DNA of 64,000 bases from contig CAWDDT010000006.1 of the NCBI GenBank assembly GCA_963801165.1, forward strand, positions 32,001 through 96,000, written 5' to 3'. Below the pieces are notes generated by a model, which saw only the letters and a list, made by a program, of their open reading frames with translations, did not search any database and was not told the origin of the DNA. Origin of the DNA: an uncultured bacterium. Lineage in GTDB: Bacteria > Actinomycetota > Acidimicrobiia > Spongiisociales > UBA5794. Every line of letters starts with the position of its first letter. Position 1 is the stretch's first letter. The translations under genes and the position numbers were made by a program. Shown in pieces: positions 39,669 through 49,494 of this stretch.

Positions 39669-41678
39669 TCACGTCGTGAGGTCGTATATGGTTACGCCGT
39701 CGATCTGGATTCCTTGGAACGTCGCTGCGACCCAGTTGGAGATGTCGGTCGTGTCGGTGCTGCCTCCGTTGGGGGTACCAAAGCCACCGCCGGAGATGAA
39801 CCAGTGGATCTGGCCGTTGGAGACCATCTGCTGGAAATCGGCGAGGGTTGGGAACGGGTCGCTGCCGTTGAAGCCACCCAGCGCAAGCACCGGTCGCTCG
39901 GTGGCGAGTTGGTAGCCGGAGGCGTTGTTGGCCCCCACTGCCGCCGCCACCCAGGTGTAGTCGTCGGCGTTTTGGAGCAGCAGCTCGGTCAGCGCTTCGG
40001 ACGGCTCCGACCCGTTCAGCAAGCCACCGGGGCCGCCTGCTCGTTGCCCGCCGGGCCTGGCGAATGTTCCCCCGGGGGCTCCCGGGGTGCGGGCACCGTT
40101 TCCGCGTTGTGCGGGCGGTGTCTGTCGGCCGATGGTGTTGAACCCGCCGGGAGCGAATCCGCCGGGTCCGCCGGGGCGCCCGCCGACGCTTGCATTGTCG
40201 ACATCGGGCCCGGCAGTGACGATCGAGCCCGAATGTGGGGTCGCCGCCGTCTGTAGCGACCAGGCGGCAGGGCCGATGAACAGCACCATCGCACCCGCGA
40301 GGGCGGCTGCCAACGCCACCGGGGCGGAACGGTGCCAGACGGCAATTAGCGCGGCTGCCGCGATGGCGGCCAGTAGGAGAAGGGCGGGACGCAGCCAGGT
40401 GTTCCAGGTGCTGGCCCTGCCCAGCAATTCGACGGACCACAGTGCGGAACCGAGCACCACCATGGCCGCCGTGATCCGGGCTGCCCGGCTTGACCGGTGC
40501 TGCCACAGCAGGTGGCCACCGATCCCGACAAGAGCGGCAATCGCGGGCGCCAGTGCCACCGTGTAGTACTCGTGGAAGATGCCGGCCATGAAGCTGAACG
40601 TGAGCGCCGTCACCACCAGCCATCCGCCCCACACCAGCAGACCGGCGCGTTGCCCATCGGTGCGGGGCGCCTTTCGGGTGAGCCACAAGCCACCGACGAT
40701 CGCAATGAGGGCCGCCGGGATCAGCCATGCGATCTGACCGCCGATGACCCCGTCGAGCATTCTTGTGATCCCCGTTTGGCCCCACATGCCGGGGCGCGCA
40801 GCACCGCCCCCGCCGCCGGTCACCGATCCCACCTCATTTCCCGTGATCCTGCCCAGACCGTTGTATCCGAAGGTCAGCTCGAGGATCGAATTGGTCTGCG
40901 ACCCACCGATCCAGGGCCGTGAGCTTGCCGGCCACAACTCGACCAACGCCACCCACCAGCCTGCGGAGGCAACAATCGCGGCTCCTGCGATGATCAGATC
41001 GACCAGGCGTCTTCGGAACGTCCCTTTGGCTGCGACGAGCCAGGCGAGCGCTAGCGGCGGGACCAGCACCATCACCTGCAGCTGTTTCGTGAGGAATCCC
41101 AGCCCAATCAGCACGCCGGTGGCGATCACCCAGCGGCGGCGACGGTCTTCGATACCGCGCAGAGTCGTGATGGCGGCCAACGTCATGAGCAGTGTGAGCA
41201 GAGCATCCGGGTTGTTGAACCGGAACATGAGGACTGCCGCCGGGGTGAGCGCCATCACGATCGACGCCAGCAGCGCCGCCCCGGCAGAGAACCAGCGACG
41301 TAGGCCGTACCAGACTGCGGCGACGGTCCCGACGCCCATCAGAGCCTGAGGCACCAGTATCGACCAGGAGTGGAGACCAAAGATCTTCACGGACAGCGCC
41401 ATCACCCACAGCGCCGCGGGCGGCTTGTCGACGGTGATGGCGTTGGCGGCGTCGAACGAGCCGAAGAGAAATGCCTTCCAACTCACCGATCCGGCCTGTA
41501 CCGCTGCCGAGTAGAAGCTGTTGGCCCACCCCGAGGCGCCAAGTCCCCACAGGTATAGAACGGCGGTGGCGAGCAGGACTGCGATCAGGGTCGGGCGCTC
41601 CCATCCCGCCCTCCTGCCGCTATCGGTCTCGATCATGGTCGTGGTCTCTGGGGGCCTTGTGTCTATGAGCGTTGTCAT
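39669..41678 (-). CDS. GT-C (ArnT/PMT-like, GT39/83) glycosyltransferase
   Basis: GWANSFYSAAV, TVDKPP, FRFNNPD, GFLTK, GYNGLGR, GGFNGSDP. Confidence 0.92.
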   Translation of the reverse strand: MTTLIDTRPPETTTMIETDSGRRAGWERPTLIAVLLATAVLYLWGLGASGWANSFYSAAVQAGSVSWKAFLFGSFDAANAITVDKPPAALWVMALSVKIFGLHSWSILVPQALMGVGTVAAVWYGLRRWFSAGAALLASIVMALTPAAVLMFRFNNPDALLTLLMTLAAITTLRGIEDRRRRWVIATGVLIGLGFLTKQLQVMVLVPPLALAWLVAAKGTFRRRLVDLIIAGAAIVASAGWWVALVELWPASSRPWIGGSQTNSILELTFGYNGLGRITGNEVGSVTGGGGGAARPGMWGQTGITRMLDGVIGGQIAWLIPAALIAIVGGLWLTRKAPRTDGQRAGLLVWGGWLVVTALTFSFMAGIFHEYYTVALAPAIAALVGIGGHLLWQHRSSRAARITAAMVVLGSALWSVELLGRASTWNTWLRPALLLLAAIAAAALIAVWHRSAPVALAAALAGAMVLFIGPAAWSLQTAATPHSGSIVTAGPDVDNASVGGRPGGPGGFAPGGFNTIGRQTPPAQRGNGARTPGAPGGTFARPGGQRAGGPGGLLNGSEPSEALTELLLQNADDYTWVAAAVGANNASGYQLATERPVLALGGFNGSDPFPTLADFQQMVSNGQIHWFISGGGFGTPNGGSTDTTDISNWVAATFQGIQIDGVTIYDLTT

Positions 41679-42961
41679 CGGCTTTCTCCGGGACTATCGA
41701 CGAGGCTGAGCGCCGACGCGTTGTTGGGTGAGGTGCGGTGGGTGGCAAACACCCACACCCGCAGTCCGAGGAAGCGGACAACGGTGGCGGCAGCGTTGGC
41801 GGTGATTAGCACGGCCAGCTGGGCGAACCGGGTGGCGTTTGGGGCGAGATGGTTCAGGACCGCCAGCGAGCCCGAGGTGATCGCCAATGCCGCCGCGAAC
41901 ACAACCAGGCCCTCGGCGAGGTGCGTCCACAATCGATGGCGGCCGCTGATCCCAAAGGTGAATCGGCGGTTGGCGGCCGTGTTGAACACCGCCGTCGCCG
42001 CCAGGGCGACCGAGTTCGACCACTGTGGGGTCAGCCGGGTTCGTAGGGTCAGGAAGAGCAGCACATATGAGATGGTGCTGACCACGCCAACGCCGGCGAA
42101 CCGGCCCACCTGGCCTAGAAAGGAAGCCGGCGCAGCGGTAGCGGCACGGACCGTGAGGTTGACGCGGATCTCGTCCAGCGGGATGTCGCCCCGCGCCAGG
42201 CTACCTGCCAGCCGGGCGAGGCCCGCAAGGTCGGCCCTGGCGGTGGTGACGATATCGACCTTCGAGTCGGGGTCGTCGACCCAATCGACCGGCACTTCGT
42301 ATACGCGCAGGCCTGCGCGTTCGGCGAGCAGCAAAAGCTCGGTGTCGAAGAACCATCCGGTGTCGCGCACGTAAGGCAGCAGCTCGTGAGCCACGTCTGC
42401 CCTGATGGCCTTGAACCCGCATTGGGCGTCGCTGAACCGAGCGGCCATCAGTCCCTTGAGCAGGAGGTTGTAGCCTCGGGAGATCACCTCGCGTTTGGGT
42501 CCTCGCACTACGTGCGACCTGCGGTTGAGCCGGGTACCGATTGCAATGTGGGAATGTCCGCTGATCAGCGGGGCGATCAGCGGGAGCAAGGCATCGAGGT
42601 CGGTAGACAGGTCGACGTCCATGTAGGCGAGTACCTGCGCATCGGAGGCGGCCCAGACTGTCGCCAGTGCTCTGCCCCGACCCTTCTGTTCGATCCTGAC
42701 TGATACCACGTTGTCGAAGCGAGCTGCGAGGCTCGCGGCGATCATCGCCGTTGCGTCGGTGCTGGCATTGTCGGCGATCGTGATGCGACACGGGTACGGG
42801 AAGTGGTATTCGAGGTGGTCGTGAAGCCGCTCGATCGACGAGGCAAGATCGGCTTGTTCGTTGTAGACCGGGACGACGATGTCGACGATCGGTGTGGAGA
42901 GAGCGAAATCCGATCCGATACGAGGTGCGGAGACGTTGTGTTGCATGTCCCCATGGTTCAT
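41675..42961 (-). CDS. Bifunctional GT2 (polyprenol-phosphate sugar synthase) / GtrA flippase
   Basis: VVPVYNE, IADNASTD, YMDVDLST, DAQCGFKA, WFFDTE; C-terminal 4-TM GtrA domain (NTAANRRFTF). Confidence 0.92.
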   Translation of the reverse strand: MNHGDMQHNVSAPRIGSDFALSTPIVDIVVPVYNEQADLASSIERLHDHLEYHFPYPCRITIADNASTDATAMIAASLAARFDNVVSVRIEQKGRGRALATVWAASDAQVLAYMDVDLSTDLDALLPLIAPLISGHSHIAIGTRLNRRSHVVRGPKREVISRGYNLLLKGLMAARFSDAQCGFKAIRADVAHELLPYVRDTGWFFDTELLLLAERAGLRVYEVPVDWVDDPDSKVDIVTTARADLAGLARLAGSLARGDIPLDEIRVNLTVRAATAAPASFLGQVGRFAGVGVVSTISYVLLFLTLRTRLTPQWSNSVALAATAVFNTAANRRFTFGISGRHRLWTHLAEGLVVFAAALAITSGSLAVLNHLAPNATRFAQLAVLITANAAATVVRFLGLRVWVFATHRTSPNNASALSLVDSPGESR

Positions 42962-42979
42962 CGGGAAACTTCAGCGAGG

Positions 42980-43007
42980 CTGTGCAGTCCCTGGGAATTC
43001 GCTGAGA
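42980..43007 (-). promoter_or_regulatory. OmpR-family (MprA-box-like) direct repeats TCTCAG-N5-TCCCAG-N5-GCACAG
   Basis: Three hexamers at 11-bp period just upstream of the GT2/GtrA start. Confidence 0.55.
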
Positions 43008-43508
43008 GCACGCCCGTCGGGTGGCCTCATGCTCGAGCGTCTCGTGCCGGGGCACGAGCATCAGCAATGCGCCGCAAGACTCCCGAAGTTGCCGCTCGTC
43101 TTGTCGTCGCTACGTCTCGGATGGTGCCGGCCACTCGTTCGAGAGCAGCCGCGATCGGGACGGTGGCCGGCCTAGGGGATATGGGTGTGTGTGTCTCACA
43201 GTCGTGGGCTGCGGGCAAGCAGGTTGGCATGTACCCGACGAACGGACGGCGGAAACGATCAGTCATGCCGCTCTTCAGCACGGCCGAGTCTCGCTCGGCG
43301 AACAGCCAGTGCCGCGAGAAAACACGTCCTTGACGACGCTACGTGTGCGTTGGCGGCCTTTGGGGTGTACCATGAAACCGCGACCACCAGTCGCCCCTCA
43401 CTTCTCGTTGAAGCATCCTCTGGTCCAACACCGGGCCGGCCCTCGTTGATGAGTGACTGTCGCCAGGCTTGCCCCCATCGAGGCGGGCCCTCATCGAAGG
43501 AGGACGCT

Positions 43509-44696
43509 GTGAAGACAGCAGCCGCCAGTGTGTCGATCGGGTTCGTCAGCACCTACCCGCCAACCGTCTGTGGCCTTGCCACCTATACGGAGTCGTTGCT
43601 CGGGGCCATCGCGGGTAATCGGGGAACCCATATAGGGCTAGGCGTGGTGGACGTCGGCGATGACAATCGACATGTCGACCGGCGCCGGGTAGTCCATCGC
43701 CATGTTGCCGGCGATTCCGGCTCGCTCGAGCGAGCCGCCCGAGTGCTGAACACTTTCGACACCGTGTCGATCCAACACGAGTATGGGATCTTCGCCGGAC
43801 CGGACGGCGAGGAGGTGCTCGACTTGATGGCGGCGATCTCCGTGCCCACGGCGGTCACCCTCCACACAGTCCTTGCCGATCCAACCCGGCACCAACGAGC
43901 GATCACCGACCAGCTCGCTGACGAAGCCGAGCTGCTGGTGGTAATGAGCGAGACGGGGTCGACCAGGCTGACGACCAGCTACGGGATCGATCCGGATCGG
44001 ATCGAGGTGCTCCCTCATGGCGCAAACACTCTGTTCGCGGGACCGTCGCTGGCTGCTGGCGGCAGACCGCTGGTCCTCACGTGGGGTCTGATCGGCCCCG
44101 GGAAGGGTCTGGAATCAGCGATCGAGGCTTTCGCCGAGCTCCGCGAGCTCCGACCTGCCCCGCGGTACCTGATCGCAGGAGCCACGCACCCTCACGTCAG
44201 AGAGAGCGCCGGTGAGGCCTACCGCCAGAGTCTCATCGAACTGACAGCGGCGCTCGGCCTGAACGACATCGTCGAATTCGACGACCGATACCTGGACAGG
44301 GTCACCCTGGCACGTCTCGTCCGCAGCGCCGACGTGGTGTTGTTGCCGTACTCATCGACCGAGCAGGTCACATCCGGCGTTCTCGCCGAGGCGATAGCCG
44401 CGGGAAAGCCTGTGATCGCAACCCGATTCCCGCACGCGGTCGAGCTGCTGACGGGCCGCGCCGGCATGACGACACCGCATGGTGACACCATTGCGATGGC
44501 CAAGGCGGTTCGGTTTGTGCTGACAGACCACGAAGCCAGATCGAGGATGGGACGGGAGGCTCGGCGACTGGCCGACGGGTGGTTCTGGCCGACAATCGGT
44601 CGGAAGTTCACCGATCTGATGACGGGCATGGTCGAGATGAGAGCCAGCGTCGATGACAGGGGAGAGATGAAGGAGGTCTGCCGTGCCGCCGGATGA
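43509..44696 (+). CDS. GT4 family glycosyltransferase
   Basis: AAGGAGG + GTG; STYPPTVCGLATY, QHEYGIF, TWGLIGPGKG, GATHP, QVTSGVL. Confidence 0.9.
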   Translation: MKTAAASVSIGFVSTYPPTVCGLATYTESLLGAIAGNRGTHIGLGVVDVGDDNRHVDRRRVVHRHVAGDSGSLERAARVLNTFDTVSIQHEYGIFAGPDGEEVLDLMAAISVPTAVTLHTVLADPTRHQRAITDQLADEAELLVVMSETGSTRLTTSYGIDPDRIEVLPHGANTLFAGPSLAAGGRPLVLTWGLIGPGKGLESAIEAFAELRELRPAPRYLIAGATHPHVRESAGEAYRQSLIELTAALGLNDIVEFDDRYLDRVTLARLVRSADVVLLPYSSTEQVTSGVLAEAIAAGKPVIATRFPHAVELLTGRAGMTTPHGDTIAMAKAVRFVLTDHEARSRMGREARRLADGWFWPTIGRKFTDLMTGMVEMRASVDDRGEMKEVCRAAG

Positions 44697-45765
44697 TAGG
44701 GCTGAGGCGTCGGGCCATCCATCGTCGCCCCGGCGCGCCGGCTTGCCGGTACCGCGCTTCGATCACCTGCGTGCCCTCACTGACCACGCCGGGCTGTGGG
44801 AACATGCGAAGCTCCTGGTACCTCGTATCGATCACGGCTTCTGCACCGAGGACAGCGCACGCGCCCTCGTCGTTGTCTCGCGGCAAGCGGCCCTGACCGG
44901 TGCCCTGGAGGATCTCGCCGCCACCTATTTGAGGTTCGTCCTCGAGTCACGCACGAAGGCCGGGGCGTTCCGGAACCGCCGGGCCGCCGATGGCTCGTGG
45001 CAAGAAGACGGCGGTAGCGACGACAGCCAGGGCCGGGCCTGGTGGGGGCTCGGTAGCGCGGCCCGGTTGGCACCAACCGAATCGATGCGGCGTGCCGCCA
45101 TGGACGCTTTCGCAACCTGCGGATTGTTCGAGTCGCCGCATCTGCGCGCCAATGCCTATACCGCGCTCGGTGTGGTCGAGGTGCTGGTTGCCAACCCCGC
45201 TCACACCGGTGCCCGCGACCTCCTCGAAGAAACGGCCGGTGTCATCGCCGATGCCGCACGGAGCGCCATCCCATGGCCTGAGGATCGGCTCACCTATGAC
45301 AACGCTCGTCTCCCCGATGCGCTACTGGCCGCAGGGACGATTCTCGGTCGGCGGCGCCTCATCGCAGACGGCCTGCGGCTGCTGGAGTGGCTCGTCAACG
45401 TCGAGACGATCGGAGACCACTTCAGCTTTGCGCCTACATCCGGCTGGTCCATCGGTGAGCCGCGACCGGGATTCGACCAGCAGCCCGTCGACGCATGGGC
45501 GATGGCCGATGCCTGCCATCGGGCCTGGGTGGTCACTGGAGATTCGGTCTGGCGTGTCCGTGCACTCCGTGCCGCCCGGTGGCTGGTTGGTGGTAACGAC
45601 ATCGGGATCTCGCTGTACGACCCGGAGAGCGGAGCAACCTACGACGGCCTGCACAGCGACTCGGTCAACGAGAACCGGGGAGCGGAGTCCACGCTCGCCG
45701 GAATCGGAACGCTCCAGGTCGCGGCCTCATGCGAGGCAAGCCCCCGTCGCTTGGCGTTTCCATGA
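44683..45765 (+). CDS. Six-hairpin-like protein (elsewhere fused to GT4)
   Basis: GLWEHA, GFCTEDSARAL, SDDSQGRA, LTYDNARLP, FDQQP, DGL..VNENRGAESTL. Confidence 0.8.
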   Translation: MPPDDRAEASGHPSSPRRAGLPVPRFDHLRALTDHAGLWEHAKLLVPRIDHGFCTEDSARALVVVSRQAALTGALEDLAATYLRFVLESRTKAGAFRNRRAADGSWQEDGGSDDSQGRAWWGLGSAARLAPTESMRRAAMDAFATCGLFESPHLRANAYTALGVVEVLVANPAHTGARDLLEETAGVIADAARSAIPWPEDRLTYDNARLPDALLAAGTILGRRRLIADGLRLLEWLVNVETIGDHFSFAPTSGWSIGEPRPGFDQQPVDAWAMADACHRAWVVTGDSVWRVRALRAARWLVGGNDIGISLYDPESGATYDGLHSDSVNENRGAESTLAGIGTLQVAASCEASPRRLAFP

Positions 45766-47231
45766 TTACGCAGATCAAAGTGACTCGATCGGATGTCCGA
45801 CTTGTCCCGGACCTCCGCCGCATAATCGTCAAGCCGTACCTGCTCGAGGCCGGTGAGCAGGGCACGCGTAGCCGCACAGACGAGTTGCTCGAACGGATCC
45901 TGGCGCTATCCCCCCAGGAGGTTGCGCATGTCCTGGAGGAGGTCAGGGCCGGCTTCCTTGGTCGACACAGCGACCTCGACGACATCTTGCAGAGAGGCTT
46001 CTACGAGGTGGTGGACCTCGTGCCCGACCCATCTGGACTGTCCGAGGACATGCGGCGGGTCATCGGCGCCTTCTTCGTACACGAGTTCTCGCTCGAAGGC
46101 GCCGCGCTCACCAACCCGTCGATCGTTGCCGCTCCCGATCAATCCGGCACACCTTCCGGCTCGTTGCGCGTGATCGTGAGTTTGCGCGCTGTGGGTGAGG
46201 GTCACATCTCCTCGATCGAGTTCCGCTCAGGGCTGGTAGGGCGGCGAGGCCACATCGAGCTGGATCCCCCCGGTTCCCCCATTACCGGTATCCGCCGACC
46301 GCCAATGCTCGACAAGGCCCTGTTTGCGACCAAGCTCGATGAGATCGGCGCCGAGACGGAGCTCGCGGAAGAGGCATTGGGCCCGCTGCCCGCTCGATTC
46401 ACGATGGTCGAGCTCGAAGCTGCGCTGACCGAGCTGGACCGGCGAAGTGGGTCTTCGAGTGCGATCCAGCACGTGATACAGGCGATGCGTTGGTTGGCTT
46501 CATCGAACTACGAGCTGACCTTTGCGGAGGGCTCGGATCTTTCTCAGCGGGTGCTGTTCCCGAGCGGACTATCTGAAAGCCACGGCATGGAGGACGCCCG
46601 CCTCGTGCGGTTCACTGAAACAGACGGATCGGTCGTGTACTACGCCACGTACACGGCCTTCGATGGTTTCAGCATCCTCCCTCAGCTCGTGGAGACCACC
46701 GACTTTCGCTCGTTCCGGATAGCCACTCTCAACGGTCGGGCCGCAAGAAACAAGGGGATTGCTATCTTCCCGCGTCGGGTCGGCGGTCGCTACGCAGCTC
46801 TTGCTCGCTCCGACGGTGAGAGCAACTACCTCATGTTCTCCGATCATGTCCGCTTCTGGCACGAGGCAGAACGAATCCAGATCCCGACGAGTCCATGGGA
46901 GCTCCGCCAGATCGGCAACGCTGGTTCTCCGATCGAGACCGAAGCTGGGTGGCTGGTCGTGACCCACGCGGTCGGCCCGATGCGTCGCTACGTCCTCGGC
47001 GCGATTCTGCTCGACCTCGACGATCCTCGTGACGTCATCGGTCATCTCGAGGAGCCTCTTCTCACTCCCGAAGAGTCCGAGCGCGATGGGTACGTGCCAA
47101 ACGTCGTTTATTCGTGCGGATCACTGGTCCATGACGGCCAACTCGTGATTGCATACGGCGCGTCCGACACCGCGACAGGATTCGCATCGGTGCCGCTCGA
47201 TGACCTCCTCGGCGAGCTGTTGAAGCACTGA
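45762..47231 (+). CDS. GH130-family glycosidase/phosphorylase (long form)
   Basis: ALTNPSIV, GEGHISSI, GMEDAR, YATYTAFDG, NKG.AIFP, RDGYVPNVVYSCG. Confidence 0.9.
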   Translation: MITQIKVTRSDVRLVPDLRRIIVKPYLLEAGEQGTRSRTDELLERILALSPQEVAHVLEEVRAGFLGRHSDLDDILQRGFYEVVDLVPDPSGLSEDMRRVIGAFFVHEFSLEGAALTNPSIVAAPDQSGTPSGSLRVIVSLRAVGEGHISSIEFRSGLVGRRGHIELDPPGSPITGIRRPPMLDKALFATKLDEIGAETELAEEALGPLPARFTMVELEAALTELDRRSGSSSAIQHVIQAMRWLASSNYELTFAEGSDLSQRVLFPSGLSESHGMEDARLVRFTETDGSVVYYATYTAFDGFSILPQLVETTDFRSFRIATLNGRAARNKGIAIFPRRVGGRYAALARSDGESNYLMFSDHVRFWHEAERIQIPTSPWELRQIGNAGSPIETEAGWLVVTHAVGPMRRYVLGAILLDLDDPRDVIGHLEEPLLTPEESERDGYVPNVVYSCGSLVHDGQLVIAYGASDTATGFASVPLDDLLGELLKH

Positions 47232-47245
47232 TCCTCCGAGCGGTT

Positions 47246-48283
47246 TCATCGACCGAGGAGACGGTGATAGAGCGACACATAGTCGTCGACCATCCTGGCT
47301 ACATCGAAACGTCCCTCAATCGAGCGACGCACGCCCTCGCGGCTGAGATGCCGAGCCTCCCCGATCGCATCGACGGTCGCTCCTCTGGTGGAGACGAGGA
47401 ACCCGTTGACTCCGGGTTGGATTATCTCCGGCATCGACCCTCGCCGGTGAGCGATTACCGGCGTGCCACATGCCATTGCTTCGACGACGCTGAACCCGAA
47501 GGGCTCATCGAAGTCGATCAAATGAAGCAGCGCCGCTGCAGTGCCCAGGACTGCCTGGCGTTGCTCCGGCCCAACCGACCCCAGGTAGATGACGCGGTCG
47601 CCATCGATATGGGGCCGGACGAAGGTTTCGAAGTACTCCTGGTCCTGAATGATGCCCGCGATGACAAGGGGGCGTCCCGCCGCGGCAGCAACCTCGATGG
47701 CGGCAGCCGTTCCCTTGTCGGGATGGATCCGACCGAAGAAGACGAGGGCGTCCCCGCCCGGGCCTACGTCAAATGAGTCGATGTCGATTCCGTGGTGGAT
47801 CGTCGCGGCATACTCCAGAGCCGGGTGCCGATCGGCGTCGCTGATTGCCACGTAGTTGACACGATCGGAGTAGGCGAGGTACGCGGGCAGGGTGGCGTCT
47901 GAGGCAAACCCGTGGATCGTAGTCACGACGGGTGTGTTGACCAGCCTGGTGAAGGCGAGGGGAAGGAAGTCGAAGCTGTTGTGGATCAGATCGAACTCGT
48001 CTGCCCGCTCGAACAAGCCGGCAATGTGAAGCGCCTCCCATGTCTTGGCGTCGAGGGACGGATCTTCCGCGTACCCGGTGGGAGCCACGCCCACAAGTTT
48101 CGCTGCAGTCACCGAATCGGCGGTAGCGAAGAGCGTCGTGTCGACGCCCCGAGCCACGAGGCCTTCGGTCAGCAGTGAGGCGAACTGCTCCCACGGGCCG
48201 TAGTGGCGCGGCGGAACCCTCCATGCAATGGGAGCGAGAACTGCCACGCGTAGCGGCGCGGCCGTACGGTGGGCGGAGAGCAC
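47246..48283 (-). CDS. GT4 family glycosyltransferase
   Basis: VPPRHYGPWE, FGRIHPDKG, EPFGFSVVEAMACGTPV. Confidence 0.92.
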   Translation of the reverse strand: MLSAHRTAAPLRVAVLAPIAWRVPPRHYGPWEQFASLLTEGLVARGVDTTLFATADSVTAAKLVGVAPTGYAEDPSLDAKTWEALHIAGLFERADEFDLIHNSFDFLPLAFTRLVNTPVVTTIHGFASDATLPAYLAYSDRVNYVAISDADRHPALEYAATIHHGIDIDSFDVGPGGDALVFFGRIHPDKGTAAAIEVAAAAGRPLVIAGIIQDQEYFETFVRPHIDGDRVIYLGSVGPEQRQAVLGTAAALLHLIDFDEPFGFSVVEAMACGTPVIAHRRGSMPEIIQPGVNGFLVSTRGATVDAIGEARHLSREGVRRSIEGRFDVARMVDDYVSLYHRLLGR

Positions 48284-48397
48284 GGTATTACCTCGATCTC
48301 ATCGGAGGGCCGGTGAGATGAACAATTGGTCCGGGCATCGACCCTGCAGCTGCGGCATTCGGTCGTTCATGGAGAGCCCAGGGTTGTCGGCGTCGGC

Positions 48398-48520
48398 TCA
48401 ATCGATCTTGGACGACTTGGCGGCGGCGTCCCGCTTGCCCTTCTTGGCGAGGCGCTTTTCCTTCAGGTTCTTGGTGGCGAGCTTCTTGGTGTCTTTACTG
48501 CCTTTGTCCTTGGTTCCCAT
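48398..48520 (-). CDS. 40-aa Lys-rich microprotein (paralog of 30343-30486)
   Basis: GGAGG SD; MGTKDKGSKDTKKLATKNLKEKRLAKKGKRDAAAKSSKID. Confidence 0.75.
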   Translation of the reverse strand: MGTKDKGSKDTKKLATKNLKEKRLAKKGKRDAAAKSSKID

Positions 48521-48639
48521 GAGTGCCTCCAGGCCGGCCGCCGGAGCGGCGGCCGATCCCATCGTGGCAGGCTCAAATCCGACGACGAGATCGTCGAGCA
48601 AACGAGGTGAGCCTGCCGTGTCGTTGGGCGAGAAATCAA

Positions 48640-48897
48640 TCAGCCGTCGGTGTCTGGGATGCCGAGCTCGAGGAAGATGCGCTGGCGTTCCCTCTTGTAC
48701 GCCAACTCCGGGACCCTGCCCGCAGCGTGCCCCTCGCTGAGAACACGAAACTCGTCCATGAGCCGAGCCTCAACGGCGTTGTCGATCACCTCGGTTTCGG
48801 AAGCGATGGTCTCTCGTCGCAACCGTTTTGCCTCCTGGCGCTGTACGCGCCGGCGCTCTCGTTCCCGTTTACCCATCCCCTCACGCCCGCGCGACAT
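48640..48897 (-). CDS. 85-aa hypothetical protein with Arg/Glu-rich N-terminal helix
   Basis: MSRGREGMGKRERERRRVQRQEAKRLRRE; C-terminus weakly SHOCT-like; directly downstream of an RRM gene. Confidence 0.6.
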   Translation of the reverse strand: MSRGREGMGKRERERRRVQRQEAKRLRRETIASETEVIDNAVEARLMDEFRVLSEGHAAGRVPELAYKRERQRIFLELGIPDTDG

Positions 48898-48958
48898 CAG
48901 CAGCACCAATCGGCAGTGGGTCGCATCGACCGGCGCGCGGTCCGCTTGGCGAGCATCA

Positions 48959-49213
48959 TCATCGACGAGGGGCGCGGGGCTTGGCCTCATTGACCGTGAT
49001 CTGCCGTCCGTTCCACTCGCGGCCATTCAACTTCTCGATGGCCTGCGCAGCCAGAGCGCTATCGGCGAGCTCAACAAAGCCGAACCCCCGGGATCTGCCC
49101 GTGTCGCGGTCGGTGATGACGGATGCCGAATCGACGGTGCCGAAATCCGCAAAAAGGCCACGGAGGTCGCCCTCGGCAGTGTCAAAGGGAAGATTCCCTA
49201 CATAGAGTTTCAT
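48959..49213 (-). CDS. RRM (RNP-1) RNA-binding protein
   Basis: LYVGNL (RNP-2), DRDTGRSRGFGFVE (RNP-1), VNEAKPR; AGGAGAGG SD. Confidence 0.95.
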   Translation of the reverse strand: MKLYVGNLPFDTAEGDLRGLFADFGTVDSASVITDRDTGRSRGFGFVELADSALAAQAIEKLNGREWNGRQITVNEAKPRAPRR

Positions 49214-49265
49214 GGTTGATACCTCTCCTGGTGTGGGAAACGCGTTCGATCCCCGGTATAGATGA

Positions 49266-49348
49266 CTCGGATACCGACTCTGCCGCAGTCCAGTCCGAAG
49301 AAGGAGAGAAGTGAGCCGCCGCCGAAGCAGCTTCGCCCACCATACCAG
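49266..49348 (-). promoter_or_regulatory. Promoter + conserved structured 5' leader of RRM gene 1
   Basis: Extended -10 TGGTATGGT, two hairpins and a CACTTCTCTCCT tract; clearly homologous to 52825-52907. Confidence 0.7.
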
Positions 49349-49494
49349 CAGCTGTGCCGGAACATGGCGAGCTCTCCACTGCAACGGCCGGAGTTCTGCT
49401 CCTGGTTTGCGCCATTTCGCCGTCGGGAAGTTGGGTCGCTCAGTGTCGAACCGCGCTCGGGGTGACGAAGTTGACGGGGCAGGACGGGAAGTTG

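Noticed and set aside
43185-43508. N-terminal extension of the GT4 gene
   Set aside because: A strong SD + GTG at 43509 marks where family motifs begin
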